Source of the DNA: a virus
Taxonomy: Duplodnaviria > Caudoviricetes
IMG/VR virus record: IMGVR_UViG_3300042888_002988
Location: 136,159-200,158 of that record
Reading direction: 5' to 3' (one strand)
Length of the DNA stretch: 64,000 bases
Shown: positions 45,045 to 53,438 of the stretch, one piece after another
How positions within the stretch are numbered: the stretch's first letter is position 1
Layout of the letters: every line of letters begins with the position of its first letter
Notes under the pieces: generated by a model
Seen by the model: the letters and a program-made list of their open reading frames with translations, nothing else
Told to the model about the DNA's origin: nothing
Database searches by the model: none
Position numbers and translations under genes: made by a program

Positions 45045-46774
45045 TGGACTTGGAAGCATTCATGCGTGACATGCTGCAGAAGGACATCAGCCACATCGAA
45101 GGCGCGGCGCCGGTCAACCGTCGCAAACGTGCGAGCGTGGAGGAGCTGCAGGCCAGGCTGGCCTACTACCAGAAGAACAACCCCGACTTCGAAGTAACGG
45201 AGGAGCATCTGGAGATTCTGCAGGCCATCTTCAGTGAGCACCGCAACACGCTCATCACGGGCGGCGCTGGCGTCGGTAAGACATCCTTCGTGCGGACAGT
45301 GCTGATCCCGGAGCTGGATCACCGGAACATGCACTGGGCGGTTACAGCCACCACCGGCATCGCCGGCAGCCACCTAGACGGGAAGACGATGCACTCGTTC
45401 TTCGGCATCGGGCTCGGGCCTGACTGGCCGGAGCTCTACCCGCGCAAGATGTCCGAATACCTCGAAGACATCAGCCCCGGCGACCCAGTTCCGCGTCCGC
45501 AGGACATGAGCGTCGAGGAGCGCAACGCTTGGTATCGGATGTTCTACGATGTGTGGCTGAACGGCCCCAAGGTGAAGAAGGGGCAGCGCAGCGGTGTCAT
45601 GGCCCGCCTCCGATCGCACGAGATCGTGCTGATCGATGAGGTGTCCATGATGCACGGCGACGCCATGCTAGGCTATCTGGACTTCATGCTGAAGGAAATC
45701 CGCGGCAGCTCCGCCCCTTTCGGCGGTCTGCAGCTGGTGTTTATCGGCGACTTCGCCCAGCTGCCGCCGGTGGAAGAAGGCGGCGACCCTGACAAGGCCG
45801 ACTGGGCATTCATGTCCAAGGCCTGGGATGAGGGCCGGGTAAAGTGCATTGAGCTGACCAAGGTGTTCCGCCAAGGTGACCAACGGTTCATCCGGTTCCT
45901 CAACAATATCCGCAGCGGGCAGCTGACACCAGACGATCGACAATACGCCGCGACCTTCGTGCGGACGGACCTGACGCTGGAGGAGACCAAGCACTACACC
46001 TTCCTGGTGCCCACCAACGATCAGGCGCGGAGGATCAACCTCGCGTCGCTGGATCAATACGAAGGTCCGAACTTACCGCTGAACGCCGAGTTCTACGTCT
46101 ACCCAGAACTGCAGAGGATGAAGGACTGGGAAGCTAGGGACATTGGTAAGGTCAAGGAAGAATTGACCAAGGCAATGGGGAGGAGGCTGCTCGCTCCGCG
46201 TCACTTCGTGCGGATCGGCTACCCGGTCATGTTCACTGTCAACGACCACTTGGAAGGTCAGTTTGTCAACGGCACCAGGGGGTTTGTGCGTGAGGTCAAT
46301 ATCAACCCTCGGTCGGACGAGGTCGGATGGGATGACACTGACAATATCGTTGTCGGGATCCCAGGCCGCAAAGAGGGAGATCCGGAGCGCCTGGTGACAC
46401 TCACGCGTTGGGCCTATAGCCGGGAGCGGGAGCAGGACTCAAAGGAGCAGGTTGCTGTGGGCACCGAGTGGAATGCCACGCCGGGCAACCCGAAGCTGCC
46501 GGAATACATCAGCATATATCCGACGGTGAAGCAGTTTCCTCTGATCCCGGCCGTGGCCATCACCATCCACAAGTCGCAAGGCATGTCGATGGACAGCGGC
46601 ATTCTGGCACTGGCTCGCACGTTCGCGGCGGGGCATGTGTATGTCGGCTTGTCGAGGTTGCGATCTCCGGAGGGCCTGGTGCTCACGGACCGTGATTTCG
46701 ATGTGCGTGTGGATCCTATCGTTATGGAATTCTACAGCTCAATAAGAGAATCAATATGCCTGACAGTGCCCTGA
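45041..46774 (+). CDS. Pif1/RecD-like SF1B helicase
   Basis: TGGAGVGKT, TATTGIAG, TMHSFFGIG, IDEVSM, PFGGLQLVFIGDFAQLPPV and AITIHKSQG. Confidence 0.93.
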   Translation: MMDLEAFMRDMLQKDISHIEGAAPVNRRKRASVEELQARLAYYQKNNPDFEVTEEHLEILQAIFSEHRNTLITGGAGVGKTSFVRTVLIPELDHRNMHWAVTATTGIAGSHLDGKTMHSFFGIGLGPDWPELYPRKMSEYLEDISPGDPVPRPQDMSVEERNAWYRMFYDVWLNGPKVKKGQRSGVMARLRSHEIVLIDEVSMMHGDAMLGYLDFMLKEIRGSSAPFGGLQLVFIGDFAQLPPVEEGGDPDKADWAFMSKAWDEGRVKCIELTKVFRQGDQRFIRFLNNIRSGQLTPDDRQYAATFVRTDLTLEETKHYTFLVPTNDQARRINLASLDQYEGPNLPLNAEFYVYPELQRMKDWEARDIGKVKEELTKAMGRRLLAPRHFVRIGYPVMFTVNDHLEGQFVNGTRGFVREVNINPRSDEVGWDDTDNIVVGIPGRKEGDPERLVTLTRWAYSREREQDSKEQVAVGTEWNATPGNPKLPEYISIYPTVKQFPLIPAVAITIHKSQGMSMDSGILALARTFAAGHVYVGLSRLRSPEGLVLTDRDFDVRVDPIVMEFYSSIRESICLTVP

Positions 46775-47790
46775 TAGATACGCTGCTGAAACACCGCGAG
46801 GCAATGGACTGTGACTTAGTCACATTGCCTCGCATGGCCTTCTGGAACAACTCGGTCAAAACGGCCGAGCAGAAGGCTCACATCATTGATCGCGCCCAGA
46901 CCCTGCAGGCCGGGATCAACCGGCCCTTCGAGGACAAGCTGCTGCACGCCCGCAAGGTCATAAAGCAGTCCCTGGAGGTGGCCGGTGTCAACTGGGCGGT
47001 CAGCTACTCGGCGGGGCGGGACAGCACTGCGCTGTCCCACCTGATGACGGAGGAGATCGGTATCCGCCACGTTCCGCACATCATGAGCAACACCCGGATG
47101 GAATATCCGGAGACGCTACAGATGTTCAAGGTGTGGAAGCTGTGGCTTGCCGAGCGTGGCGTGGAGTGCCACCAGGTGTTCCCCGAGATGCGCCCCAAGG
47201 AATTGTGGCCGCTGATCGGTGTGCCTCTGTGGAGCAAGCAGATCGCCTACAAGTATCGTAAGTTCGCGGCATCCAAGAGCGACAAAATTCCGGCCCACAC
47301 GCCGGAGGACCTGCACGATCAGTTCCGTCAGGCGAAAGCCGCGGGACTGAAGATCACCGAGAAGTGCTGCGACTACCTCAAGAAGAAGCCCATGAAAAAG
47401 TGGGACAAGGAAAACAACGTCCAGGGTCATTTCACCGGCGTGCGCTGCTCCGAGTCACGCGCACGCCGGCTGGCCTGGATCACGTCGGGGGCGCTATATC
47501 AGGCGGTGCACCACGGCGGCCTGTGGATATCGAATCCGCTGGCGTTCTGGACTGACGCGGACGTGGCACGCTACCTCGACGAGAGGAAGATCCACGTCCT
47601 GCGCCCCGACACGCTGAGCGGCGGATCGGGGTGTGTGACCTGCATGTTCGGCTGCCGTAGCCGGGCGCAGGAAGGGACACCCAACGCCATGCAGGACCTG
47701 AAGACCAGGAACCCGAAGATGTGGCAGACCGCCCTGGATGACTGGGGCTATCGCGAAGTGCTTGATCAATTAGGAATACCATATGAGTGA
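46756..47790 (+). CDS. PAPS-reductase/CysH/DndC-like adenine nucleotide alpha-hydrolase
   Basis: PP-loop VSYSAGRDS, CCDYLKKKP, TGVRCSESRAR and GCVTC. Confidence 0.82.
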   Translation: MPDSALIDTLLKHREAMDCDLVTLPRMAFWNNSVKTAEQKAHIIDRAQTLQAGINRPFEDKLLHARKVIKQSLEVAGVNWAVSYSAGRDSTALSHLMTEEIGIRHVPHIMSNTRMEYPETLQMFKVWKLWLAERGVECHQVFPEMRPKELWPLIGVPLWSKQIAYKYRKFAASKSDKIPAHTPEDLHDQFRQAKAAGLKITEKCCDYLKKKPMKKWDKENNVQGHFTGVRCSESRARRLAWITSGALYQAVHHGGLWISNPLAFWTDADVARYLDERKIHVLRPDTLSGGSGCVTCMFGCRSRAQEGTPNAMQDLKTRNPKMWQTALDDWGYREVLDQLGIPYE

Positions 47791-48052
47791 ATCTGAAAAT
47801 GCAAAGTTAAGGGCAGCCCTCGAGAAGTTCGTGAGCTGCATCAACGTCACCGGCGGAATGCTGAAATACGAGTCAGGGAACATCGCCGGATGCGGCGGAG
47901 ACCCGGAGTGGATCGACTTGTCGGATGCCTACGTGGTGGCTTGCGAGGCGCTGGGTATTGAGCCCAAGACCCAGCTGGTAGCTGACGACGATTACGAAGG
48001 CGGCACCGAGAGCATCTTGGATATAGTTTCGAAGGAGGCATCGGATGAGTGA
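47783..48052 (+). CDS. Small hypothetical protein
   Basis: Coupled ORF. Confidence 0.5.
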   Translation: MSESENAKLRAALEKFVSCINVTGGMLKYESGNIAGCGGDPEWIDLSDAYVVACEALGIEPKTQLVADDDYEGGTESILDIVSKEASDE

Positions 48053-51000
48053 TCGACCACAGTCACGCCGGGGCATGACCCTGGAAGAACGGCAGCCCGA
48101 TTACGAGGACCTGTCGAAGTGCCCCAAGACCCTGACGAAGACACGCCACATCGACGACGTGCTCTACGTCGCCGGCCGAGCCCCGATCGAAGGCCAGGCT
48201 GAATACGGCGTCATGTTCGTGACGTCGTCCGTCGAGGAGGAGGAAGCCACCACCGCTGCCAACTCAGTGTTCGGGATGCGGATCACCCAACCCGCGGAAT
48301 ACCTGAAGGGTGCCACCGGCATCATTAAGGACGTCGCACTGCGGGCTGGCATCGACCTCGACAAGTGCTACTACACCGCGTGCTGCAAATGGCTACTACC
48401 CCGGACGCAGCGGGCCAAGCCGGCGAAGAAGATCATGAAGTGGGGCATGCCGGTGCTGGAAGACGAGATCAAACGGGTGAAGCCGAAGATTATCGTCTGT
48501 CTGGGCAAGCACGTGTTCGACATGGTCAGCCCACAGAAGATCAGCTTCGACGACGCCCACGGCTGCTGGTTCTGGTCGGAGGACTACCAGGCCCACCTCT
48601 ACGTGATGTATGCCCCCTTCACGCTGGTCGGCAAGCCCGAGTTCTACGAGACGTTCCGCGTCGACTTCAAGGAGGTCGCACGGCGGAAGGAGATCCTCGA
48701 CAACGGTGGCTCGATTACCGGCCGACCCTTCCAGCACCAGGTCATCCGCGACATGGACGCTCTGGAGGACTGGCTCGACCACATCGAGACGCTTGTGGAG
48801 GAAGACCGCTGGCCGGGGCATAAGGACGAGAACGGGCACCCGCTGCTGGCGGTGGACTGTGAATGGCACGGTCGAACCCACGTCGACGGCAAGCTGCGCA
48901 CGATCCAGTTCGCCTGGTCGGAGACGGATGCCGTGGTGATCGAGTTCCGGGACGAGAAGACGGAGTGGAGCTTTGAGATGGGTAGCTGCGAGGACCTGCC
49001 GCCGCTCGATCCGGAAAATCCGCTGGCCGTTAAATTGAATGGAATGCTGAGCGACCTGGATTTGGCGAACGTCGCGGATGGCCTGATCGACTCGCGTGAT
49101 TTCGTTGAAGCCTACCTCGGCAACTTCGATCCGGAGCTGGAAACGAAAAGTAGGAGCGATATTGACAACGGCAAATTGAAGCTGGGGAAGGAGTTCACGG
49201 TCCACATGATCACCATGGGAAGCGACACGTGCGCTGTCTGCGGCGAGGAAGAATGCGACCACCTGCGCGTGAATCGCAACGGCGACGCTATCGCCCCGGA
49301 TGCGTTCCGGCAGATGCCACGCGGCCCGTCCGAGTATCAGCCACCACCAGCCGATCGTATCGCCCAGCGCATGGCAGAACTGGAGCTGGAACACCGCGCC
49401 CGCTACAAGGCAATCGGCAAGCGTCTCAACCACACCACGGAGAAGATCAAAGCCCGTTACATCGGTCACCACTACGCGGCTGACGCCCCGTGGATGAGCC
49501 ACACCCTGGGGATGGAGATCTACCAACGCTGCGAGCTGGACACCGAGTTCGCCCAGCAGACCGTGGACGAGTCCAGCGAGCTGGGACTGGAGCGTGGCAT
49601 CGCGATGAAGTACACGAACCTGGGTCGCTACGACTATGACCTGATGATGTGGAAGCGGGAGAACAAGGAACTCTGCAAGGGCGGCTACGGCTTCATCCCG
49701 TCAAAGATCATCCACCCATACGGCGCAGCTGACGTCATCACACCATACCGGGCCTACCCGATGATCAAGCGGCAGCTGGAGGCCCAACGTCTGTGGGCCT
49801 ACTACAGGGACATCTTCAACCCGTTCGTCACGGACGTCTTCACCGAATTCACGATGACCGGGCTACCGATGGACGTGGACACGATGAACGACCTACGGGA
49901 CCTGTTCACGTTCACGAAGGACCGCCTCAACAAGAAGCTGAAGCTCAGGATCGCCAAGGAGGCTACCCAGAAGCTCAAGCGCAAGCTCATGCAGACGTTC
50001 GGCGTGATGGCTGCCAAGGTCTGCTCAGTGACGATCGACGCCCGCAACGCCGAGATGCTCCGCAACACGGTGAAGCAGCTGCTGCTCGATACCGGCAAGC
50101 TGGTGGACGTCCCCAAGTGGAACAAGATCATCGCTCACTGGGAAGAGGCACCAGCGTTCAACATCCGATCCCCTGACCAGATGGCCAGGTGGCTGTTCGA
50201 CTTCGAGGAGCTCATCCCGATCAAGTCCACCAACCAGAAAGCCAAGGGCCTTCCCAGCATGGCGTGGGAGAAGGTGCTGGAGCTTCCAGCCGACCGCCAG
50301 GCGATGTTCAAGCCGGCCGTAGACAAGCAGACGCTCGCGATCCTCTCGGAGCAGCTGCCGGCGATCGACGAGCTTCTGAATTTGAATGCCGTCGGCAACT
50401 TGTCGAAGGCATTCCTCAAGGAGCCGGACGTTTACGTCGACGAGGATACCGGTGAGGAAGTGACCGAGGAACACGGGCTGCATGCATGGCTCGCAAGTGA
50501 TGGTAGGGTGCACGGACAGATGTCGGCCACGGAAACTGGTAGACCTCGCAGTTGGGCCCCGAACACACTCAACTGGCCATCCTATGTCAACAAGAGAGTT
50601 GCTATATCGGTGGCTACTTGCGTGCAGGAAGCATTCGAAGAAGGTGACTTGCCGGAAAATCTACTGAAGTGGGTTGGAGCTACACCAGATGACTTGCCTT
50701 CTATCAGATCATGTGTTAAGGTGCCCGAGGGATGGATAGCCGTCGAATCCGATTATGCAACTGCGGAGATGGTTGCACTTGCTATCATATCAGGTGACAA
50801 AGACTTAATGCGTATCTTGTTCGATCCGGATCCTGAATGGGCCGTGTTAAAGCATAAGAAGCACGGAGCGTCGGTGGTGCGAGTAGCATTCACCGATCCA
50901 AAACTTTCAGGCGTCCCGGAGAGCGCGCGAAGCAACAAGTTCCTGATGCATGTGTGGGCGGCAGGTGAATGCCTTGGACCAGTGGATGATTCTGATCTGC

Positions 51001-51803
51001 TGCGGGACAATGACGGCAACATTGTGCATGCCAAGTATGACATTCACTGGTCGCTGGTGGAGCGCACCTACGGCAAGTATCGCGAGATGATGAAGGCCAA
51101 GGTCGATCGCAACGCCGCCAAGGTCCTCAACTTCTCCAGTGCCTACGGTGCTTCTAGTAGTTCGCTGGAGCGCAAGATCGAATCCGACACAGGCGTCAAG
51201 CCCGAGGAAGGAACCGGCGAACGCGGACTGGAAGCCATTCGGGAACGCCAGCCCCGGGCGACAGAGTTTCTGGAGGAGATGGCCAAGGTGCCGAAGGAGC
51301 GCGGAATGTATCGCGCCGCTTCCGGTCGCATCCGGCACTGCCTGTCACACTCGGCAGGTAGCGGAGTCGGCTGGCGCCAACGCAACTCGATCGACAGCGC
51401 GCTGGGCCGGGAGATGCGGAACTTTCCCATGCAGGAGTCCGTCGGCGCCACGTCGGCTCGGGCGTGCAAATGGCTGCTCAAGGCCTACCGCAAGCTCAAG
51501 CTGCAGGCGCGCCCGCTGACCTGTCTCTATGACTCTGTGGTGACGATCTGCCCACTGGAGGAACGCTTCTTGGTTGCCCGGCTTCACCAGCTATGCATGT
51601 CGGTCCACAACACCTGGGCCTACAGCGATGACTACGGGGATCGGACGCTGACCTATACGATCGACAACGAGTTCAATTACCGATGGTCCACCCGTCCGAG
51701 CGACGAAGACCAGAAGCAGTTGGATGACCGCACCTGGCACGCGCCGGACAGCAAGTTGACGTTCTTGGAGCAGCACGCAAATCTGTGGCAGTTGGTGTCA
51801 TAA
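48045..51803 (+). CDS. polA: Family A DNA polymerase with N-terminal UDG-like domain and 3'-5' exonuclease (SPO1-like architecture)
   Basis: UDG-like PKIIVCLG; Exo motifs VDCE, HHYAAD and YGAAD; motif A SDYATAEM, motif B RNAAKVLNFSSAYG, motif C LYDSV. Confidence 0.93.
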   Translation: MSDRPQSRRGMTLEERQPDYEDLSKCPKTLTKTRHIDDVLYVAGRAPIEGQAEYGVMFVTSSVEEEEATTAANSVFGMRITQPAEYLKGATGIIKDVALRAGIDLDKCYYTACCKWLLPRTQRAKPAKKIMKWGMPVLEDEIKRVKPKIIVCLGKHVFDMVSPQKISFDDAHGCWFWSEDYQAHLYVMYAPFTLVGKPEFYETFRVDFKEVARRKEILDNGGSITGRPFQHQVIRDMDALEDWLDHIETLVEEDRWPGHKDENGHPLLAVDCEWHGRTHVDGKLRTIQFAWSETDAVVIEFRDEKTEWSFEMGSCEDLPPLDPENPLAVKLNGMLSDLDLANVADGLIDSRDFVEAYLGNFDPELETKSRSDIDNGKLKLGKEFTVHMITMGSDTCAVCGEEECDHLRVNRNGDAIAPDAFRQMPRGPSEYQPPPADRIAQRMAELELEHRARYKAIGKRLNHTTEKIKARYIGHHYAADAPWMSHTLGMEIYQRCELDTEFAQQTVDESSELGLERGIAMKYTNLGRYDYDLMMWKRENKELCKGGYGFIPSKIIHPYGAADVITPYRAYPMIKRQLEAQRLWAYYRDIFNPFVTDVFTEFTMTGLPMDVDTMNDLRDLFTFTKDRLNKKLKLRIAKEATQKLKRKLMQTFGVMAAKVCSVTIDARNAEMLRNTVKQLLLDTGKLVDVPKWNKIIAHWEEAPAFNIRSPDQMARWLFDFEELIPIKSTNQKAKGLPSMAWEKVLELPADRQAMFKPAVDKQTLAILSEQLPAIDELLNLNAVGNLSKAFLKEPDVYVDEDTGEEVTEEHGLHAWLASDGRVHGQMSATETGRPRSWAPNTLNWPSYVNKRVAISVATCVQEAFEEGDLPENLLKWVGATPDDLPSIRSCVKVPEGWIAVESDYATAEMVALAIISGDKDLMRILFDPDPEWAVLKHKKHGASVVRVAFTDPKLSGVPESARSNKFLMHVWAAGECLGPVDDSDLLRDNDGNIVHAKYDIHWSLVERTYGKYREMMKAKVDRNAAKVLNFSSAYGASSSSLERKIESDTGVKPEEGTGERGLEAIRERQPRATEFLEEMAKVPKERGMYRAASGRIRHCLSHSAGSGVGWRQRNSIDSALGREMRNFPMQESVGATSARACKWLLKAYRKLKLQARPLTCLYDSVVTICPLEERFLVARLHQLCMSVHNTWAYSDDYGDRTLTYTIDNEFNYRWSTRPSDEDQKQLDDRTWHAPDSKLTFLEQHANLWQLVS
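49048..49128 (+). repeat. Copy 2 of the 81-nt dispersed repeat, inside an insertion in the polymerase exonuclease domain
   Basis: 71 of 81 positions identical to 6581-6661. Confidence 0.95.
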
Positions 51804-51811
51804 TGAATTGC
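51776..51811 (+). promoter_or_regulatory. Putative promoter, site 3
   Basis: CGCAAA-N17-CATAATGAATTGC; shares GGTGTCATAATGA with site 2; ATG 9 nt downstream. Confidence 0.7.
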
Positions 51812-51813
51812 AC

Positions 51814-52017
51814 ATGAACGACATTATTAAAATGTTACTATGCGCTCTGGGAGCTGCCGCGGGTGCGGCAGCAATCCTGGCAGGCCTTGGCCTGACAGCA
51901 TCCGCCCTTGTGGCAATGTTGGCGGGAGGAGCCGGCTTCGCCGTTGCGGTGTTGCCGGCCTTGGCCTGTTTGGGAGGCGTGGCTTATGCCGCCTCTCGCA
52001 CAGGATACGGCGGGTAG
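51814..52017 (+). CDS. Small hydrophobic (Gly/Ala-rich) membrane protein
   Basis: Two hydrophobic stretches; follows promoter site 3. Confidence 0.55.
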   Translation: MNDIIKMLLCALGAAAGAAAILAGLGLTASALVAMLAGGAGFAVAVLPALACLGGVAYAASRTGYGG

Positions 52018-52069
52018 GTTTTACCCGACTCAGGCATAAGCCAAAGACAAACACACGTCCGACCGAGGT

Positions 52070-52106
52070 GGCCGGGGCCGAGTGCCCCGGCCGATTCGGC
52101 TTCTTT
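52070..52106 (+). terminator. Terminator-like hairpin
   Basis: GGCCGGGGC/GCCCCGGCC stem, then a weak T tract. Confidence 0.5.
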
Positions 52107-52156
52107 ACCTGCCACTGAAAATTCCGTTGGACGGCGGTAGGCGGTTCTGCTGAATT

Positions 52157-52702
52157 GTGCCTGTGGATACCGATTTCAAACTCACACCGGAAACACTTGA
52201 AGCACTCCGACGCGTGACCGCCGCATCACCTTCGGAAATCAAACTGACGCGCTACGAACCATGTCTCTGCGGTAAGCTGCTGGACGTGGCTCAGTGGGAG
52301 CGGAAGTGGCACAGTGGCCGGTTCCACAAGAGCCAGATGATTGAGCGCGGCATCAACTACACCGACCTGGTCTGCGAGGACTGCCGAAAGGAGTGGCGCG
52401 ACTGGCCGCGTATTGTTTGCCTGGGCTGTCGGTCGCTCATGGGTTTCTACAAGCCTGGCAAGCAGGCGACTGGATTCGAATTCGAGAAGGGCCGGCATTA
52501 TCACATCCTGGACTGTCCCCGGTGTAACCCGACCCGCCGCAGCACTCCGGTGCTGGAGCACGAGCAGTTCTGCAGGGCACACGGAATTAAGACCACGACC
52601 AATTACGATTTGCTTCAAGAAATTGAACAAAAAATCTTGCAGGCCGAAGACACAGCCGCTAGGTTGCGCGCGGAGTATGAATCCTCCGTAAAACAACCAT
52701 GA
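52157..52702 (+). CDS. Multi-CxxC zinc-finger protein
   Basis: CLCG, CEDC, CLGC and CPRC. Confidence 0.65.
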   Translation: MPVDTDFKLTPETLEALRRVTAASPSEIKLTRYEPCLCGKLLDVAQWERKWHSGRFHKSQMIERGINYTDLVCEDCRKEWRDWPRIVCLGCRSLMGFYKPGKQATGFEFEKGRHYHILDCPRCNPTRRSTPVLEHEQFCRAHGIKTTTNYDLLQEIEQKILQAEDTAARLRAEYESSVKQP

Positions 52703-53346
52703 AAGTTACACCACGTGCCACGCACTCCAGAGTAGTTGTGAAGCGGATCACCGCTCCCGAAACTAGGCCCGACCACAAAAGCGGTAAACGCATCGCCCTG
52801 CTGTCTTTCATCGACGGCGGGAGCTACCAGCAGCATTGCCCGACCACGAAGGACTTGTTCCTATACGCGGCCGGCACCAATGAGATGGGCGAGATCCCGG
52901 ACGGACTTGACCGCCTGATGCACCATCAGTTCATCGTGCACAAGAACGAGAAGGGGAAGGCGATTGGTTTGGACATCATCCCGAGCCGCTTGTATCGCTC
53001 TGGCGTTGTCCCGAAATCACAGGAGGGCGTCACCACGCTGGTCATTCAATACGATCTGGGCGGCGCAGTGGCACGTGTAATTCAGCGTCCGTTCAACATT
53101 CGCTTCGATCACTCCGCGGCGATTCTTCGCGAGTTGGACAGGTTGATCACTGCCGGCAAGCCGATCGCGACATCTGTTCGCCTCGGCAATCTGGCGCGCG
53201 TCGTATCCACCACGGAGAACACGGTCGAGGTCAAGCTGACCAACAACGCCAGCGCACAGCCCACCAACAACGCGCAGAACACCTTGGACGCCGACGACCT
53301 GTCGGAGGAAGGGGACCTGTCCGAGGCGGGAGGCGGCGCGGAGTAA
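52699..53346 (+). CDS. Hypothetical protein
   Basis: Coupled ORF with acidic tail. Confidence 0.6.
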   Translation: MKVTPRATHSRVVVKRITAPETRPDHKSGKRIALLSFIDGGSYQQHCPTTKDLFLYAAGTNEMGEIPDGLDRLMHHQFIVHKNEKGKAIGLDIIPSRLYRSGVVPKSQEGVTTLVIQYDLGGAVARVIQRPFNIRFDHSAAILRELDRLITAGKPIATSVRLGNLARVVSTTENTVEVKLTNNASAQPTNNAQNTLDADDLSEEGDLSEAGGGAE

Positions 53347-53378
53347 ACGCCCGCCTGTCAGATTGAGGAATCTTTCAG

Positions 53379-53407
53379 GGCGGACCAATCCTGGTCCGCC
53401 ATTTTCT
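53379..53407 (+). terminator. Terminator-like hairpin
   Basis: GGCGGACCA/TGGTCCGCC stem followed by ATTTTCT. Confidence 0.6.
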
Positions 53408-53438
53408 ACGAACAAAAAGCAAACCACCACACATCAAT

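Noticed and set aside
33064-47790. Complete type IV-B CRISPR system (Csf2-like plus CysH-like)
   Set aside because: The two genes are about 13 kb apart, and no Csf1, Csf3 or Cas11-like neighbours were recognised.
6581-49128. Diversity-generating retroelement template/variable repeat pair
   Set aside because: Differences are not adenine-specific in one copy, both copies are mid-gene, and no reverse transcriptase is in the window.
16244-49526. Long antisense or alternate-frame ORFs (e.g. 16244-17590, 31994-32905, 41660-42859, 48396-49526)
   Set aside because: These are shadow ORFs expected from GC-rich codon bias. They are Arg/Pro/Gly-rich, motif-free and overlap well-supported genes.
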